From Fibrobacteria bacterium (GTDB lineage Bacteria; Fibrobacterota; Fibrobacteria; UBA11236), in the NCBI GenBank assembly GCA_043732185.1, contig JAYTHY010000077.1, forward strand, positions 1 to 11,273: 11,273 nt of DNA. The letters run 5' to 3'. A model generated the notes under the pieces. The model was not told the origin of the DNA. It saw only the letters and a program-made list of their open reading frames with translations, and ran no database searches. Both the position numbers and the translations under genes were made by a program. Below, in pieces: positions 8,801 to 11,273 of the stretch (positions are counted from its first letter, which is position 1; every line of letters begins with the position of its first letter).

Positions 8801-9381
8801 TCTTCCACACGCGCCAAATCCAAAGCGGTGCGTTCCAACTGCCGTAAGGTCTCCTTGCGCTGCTGTTTGTACTTGCTGATGCCGGAAGCCTCTTCAAACA
8901 TGAGACGTCGCTCTTCGGCTTTATCAGACAAAATACTGTCGATCATCTTGGCTTCGATTAAGGAATAGGAGGCAGCACCCATTCCAGTATCATAGAACAG
9001 GTTATGGATGTCCTTGAGACGGCACGGGGTATTGTTGATCAAATATTCGGTTTCACCATTGCGGAAGGTGCGACGCGTGATCATGATCTGGCTATACTCG
9101 GAGGGCAACACGCCGGAATCGTTGTTGATCAGGAGCGAGACTTCCGCCATATTCAACGGTGGGCGCTCGGCAGTGCCGGAAAAAATCACGTCTTCCATTT
9201 TGCTGGAACGCAAGGCTTTAACCCGTTGTTCGCCTAAAACCCAGCGAATGGCATCGATGATATTGGACTTTCCGCAACCATTGGGACCCACTACCGAGGT
9301 AATACCTTCGCCGGGAAAATTGACTTCCACTTTATTGGCAAAGGACTTGAATCCGAAAATTCGCAACTTCGATAAGTACAT
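5800..9381 (-). CDS. smc: Chromosome segregation protein SMC
   Basis: 1193 aa. N-terminal GFKSF and Walker A GPNGCGKSN, long coiled coils, hinge GX6GX3GG (GEMTHASGLVLGG), signature LSGGE, Walker B/D-loop MDEVDGPLD, and H-loop VTHN. Confidence 0.98.
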   Translation of the reverse strand: MYLSKLRIFGFKSFANKVEVNFPGEGITSVVGPNGCGKSNIIDAIRWVLGEQRVKALRSSKMEDVIFSGTAERPPLNMAEVSLLINNDSGVLPSEYSQIMITRRTFRNGETEYLINNTPCRLKDIHNLFYDTGMGAASYSLIEAKMIDSILSDKAEERRLMFEEASGISKYKQQRKETLRQLERTALDLARVEDNLKFVQQNVTMFERQAKKAEKWRDLRKAYVGLELSYNLDTYQELDVKHQTFETLTITSRERISSLQSQITVQESNLEEGRLLILEEEQELHRRNQVVAATNAEVIRIENEMDKSRDRIQHLSESLLRLEGETEGAGRRLKEMSLEKTQDQDEISRLEVERVYLAGLSEGHVEEKNRLHASYAEKRRRADELAEERLQSLEELSALRNRAGSAQTDLQHLKEDDGELDYLLQETTEKVLTFSKEQIALTEEVAKLEVMVTDLGGKLGNTSIRLVQSAQELNLLRVEERASNSEKVALETRLAMLQGLQESMEGVDGGVQFLLESAKSRIKNLLADAIKVPDDAVIVAEKCLGRYLQALVVENHSDGLALLADLQRSEKGEALLFAENPGIKFSRSRPDLAGETGFLGWVIDKVEAGSAIGPLLELALGHYGLVDNLDVAWSLLPKLAGQDIWLVTPSGEMTHASGLVLGGAQKVSQTGLLQRKHLLEQTAKRLEEVVAICLDLSARILALETERKTLEAGQASLGQEQKKLERSWQEQKSKLNYLTTTLEGLDKSKSQTRFKLEAVRTQLEEALRGQEGLQERLEEGEEARRVLENQFHQALEDVHRVEGERAKFDEAMRDLDKNRNQNESKSKALHLRLEYLDRSEKEQNELIVKNAAQQLEWSTLIDQVKLRMESLVDQIQLLHTRMTGEEQKRDEAKFVYDQKVGRLDELRTMIRNRNEELRQVTQDQHEASLKMEQARAAMTNIRERMFELHEVDLSQTTKPGTDEPIFERVPYDASTAPEEIAAYKDKLKNLGNINPGALEDYEAEKTKLDEVNRQYQDLDKARLGLEKAIKKLDKVAREQFLETFSVVQKNFQEVFSSLFEGGEAQLALEDNVDPLDAKIEINARPTGKKMRGVSLLSGGERALTAISLLFALYLVRPSPYCIMDEVDGPLDDANIGRFVNLLRRFSHQTQFIVVTHNKRTMAASDMLYGVTQEIKGISKLVSVQLDEASRIAA

Positions 9382-9386
9382 GTAAA

Positions 9387-9391
9387 TCCTC
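9387..9391 (-). promoter_or_regulatory. Shine-Dalgarno sequence of smc
   Basis: Minus strand reads GAGGA-TTTAC-ATG (5-nt spacing). Confidence 0.6.
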
Positions 9392-9668
9392 AGGGAATGG
9401 GACTCGGCCTATCCGATTACTAGAAGGAAAAGATAGTCAACGGGGCTTGAAAATCAGTGCTTCCCGGCCACTAAGAGCTACTATAGCTTAATTAATGATA
9501 AACCAATGGCTTAGGCCGATTCAAACATATTGCCCACGGCCTATACCCTGGAGACATAGGCGTTTCCAACATTGTACCAACCTTAATTTTGTGAAATATC
9601 AGGAGGGCTCGACTCCCAGTCGATTGAGTGGAATTTTCAAGGGGTGAAGGGCTTTAGAAGGCGTGATT

Positions 9669-11264
9669 CTAAAAGCGAATTACGCCTCGATCACTCTTCA
9701 AATTAACGATGAATGCCCCGGACGCAGGCAAGCGATTGTTAACTCCTTGACCATGCAGCGAAAGAGAATGGGTTCCTGATCCATAAAGTCCTTTTGCAAT
9801 CGTCGCGATTTTATTTCCATCAAGCGAGTAGGCCTCAAGGGTCACAGAACCTGCCTCCGAAAGATTAAAGTGTACGGGCTCGCCCAATTGCAGCTTGCCT
9901 TGGCTGAAAGCCATGGTACCAGTGTGCCGTGCATCCTTTTGAATAACTCTCACTGTAGTTGCTAACGATTCCCCGAGTACCTGAAATTCATAAAAGCTCG
10001 GCAGGACATTAGTTACAAGGCCCGTAATCGTAATTCGAACATAGCGTGCAGTGTCGATAAAATCGGAGCCCTGGGTTTGGGTAATCAAGGTATTACTGGT
10101 TCTGTCCGCTACGGTTTTCCATTGCGAATTGTTGCGTGAAGTCTCGATTTTATATTTGTAGACAACGCCCATTTTTTCCCACATGACGATGGAATTGGTC
10201 AACCGATAGTCTTTTCCAAGATCAACCGTCCACCAATGGCCTGCGTTTCCATTTGCGCCAACCCAACGCGAAGCAATATTGCCATCGTTCCCATTTGACG
10301 AAGTAAAAGTGGGATTATTGGCGTCGGTAGTGGTCGTTTTGCCCTGTGACAAAGTTGGCTTATAGTAGGGTTGCAACTTCCCGGAGGAATCGACTTCCAC
10401 ACGGAAAAGACCAGGCCGCTCCCGTATCGGCGCGCCATCATCATTGCCGAACATGGTGGACCACCATTGGTTTTTTTTGTCCTTGAAGACCATGTTATGC
10501 CCTGCATGCCTAAAGGCCAGGTAGCGGTCGCCATACGGGCCAAGCAGCTTGTCTGAGCTGGCTGCCATGCAGTCATAGGTGGATATACCGGCATCTGTAT
10601 TGAAAGCTGCGCCCAGCAGAAAATAACGGCCGTTTATTTTCGCTATGTACGATCCTTCAAAGCCGACATATGCATTATTTTTCGGGGATAAAAGATGCGG
10701 GGTTTCGGCAAGACCCGTCATAGTGCTGTTCATCAGCGCGATTTTTCCGTCTTGTTAGAGAAAATAAACCTTGCCATCATCATCCTGGAAAAGCGAAGCA
10801 TCGATTTGTGGTGTCATCGGTCCATCGGTTTTAACATCCACATAGGGGCCAGTCGGTAGTCCTGAAGTGCTTTTGAGCAAACCGGTGCCTTCAGGATTGC
10901 TCATACAATAGGTCAACCAGTACGTGTTGTTTATATAATGGATTTCCGGGGCCCAAACCGCGCCCCTGCCTTTCGCCCATGTCCCATCCGCGGCAAGAGA
11001 CCATATCCGTCCTTGTGGATCCCATCTTTTAAGGTCCGCTGATTTCCACAAATAGATCCCGTCATTGCTTGTCCACCATGTAGGCGCACCGGTGGTACCT
11101 ACCATATAATATGCGCTATCGCCGCCTATTCCGATACAAACATCCCGCATGGGGTAGTCAAATAGGGGCGTAATCGGTGGAAGTATTCCCCTATCCCAGC
11201 CAAATACCGAAGTCGCGAAAATTAAAGTGAACCCGATCTCAAACAGAAATCTTTTGATTTTCAT
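9669..11264 (-). pseudogene. Secreted GH43 glycoside hydrolase with F5/8 type C (CBM32-like) domain and T9SS/FlgD-like C-terminal domain, interrupted by an in-frame TAA (pseudogene or base-call error)
   Basis: ORFs 10755..11264 and 9669..10733 are in the same frame and join as DDDGKVYFL*QDGKIALMNSTMTGLAE (532 codons in total). Signal peptide MKIKRFLFEIGFTLIFATSVFG; GH43 motifs MRD, WAPEI, IDASLFQDDDG and FEG; F5/8C motifs NDGN..SRW, WWTVDLG, ARYVRI and YEFQV; tail VHFNLSEAGSVTLEAYSLDGNKIATI...GTHSL. Confidence 0.85.
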
Positions 11265-11273
11265 GTGTTCTGA

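Noticed and set aside
9604..9623. GGGCTCGACTCCC resembling a tRNA/tmRNA T-arm or att remnant
   Set aside because: It lacks the invariant TTC, there is no cloverleaf or CCA end, and no integrase is nearby.
10755..10757. Stop-codon reassignment (TAA as sense)
   Set aside because: No other gene, including the 1193-aa SMC, has an internal TAA, and the ECF gene terminates at TAA.
1..11273. CRISPR array, IS element, parS palindrome, rRNA/tRNA, or a Wadjet/MksBEF-type defence SMC
   Set aside because: None seen by eye. The SMC is canonical, with no JetA/B/D- or MksE/F-like neighbours.

Overview
Gene-dense bacterial chromosomal window. The protein families suggest an FCB-group organism, possibly Fibrobacterota (inference only). 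Minus strand, right to left: a secreted GH43 + F5/8C (CBM32-like) + T9SS-type C-terminal-domain glycosidase broken by one in-frame TAA; smc; an overlapping membrane histidine kinase; a sigma-54 (NtrC/AtoC/PilR-family) response regulator; an NHL/beta-propeller lipoprotein; and a large secreted or outer-membrane protein with SprA-like repeats that runs off the left edge and is absent from the ORF track. The only credible plus-strand gene is an ECF sigma factor with a Cys-rich tail and no adjacent anti-sigma. The main observation is a complete sigma-54 promoter architecture directly upstream of the ECF gene: a near-consensus -24/-12 element, two tandem dyad enhancer-like sites and an intervening A/T-tract palindrome. 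This suggests a local cascade of sensor kinase, then enhancer-binding protein plus sigma-54, then ECF sigma on a nearly leaderless mRNA, with the divergent envelope operon as a possible target.
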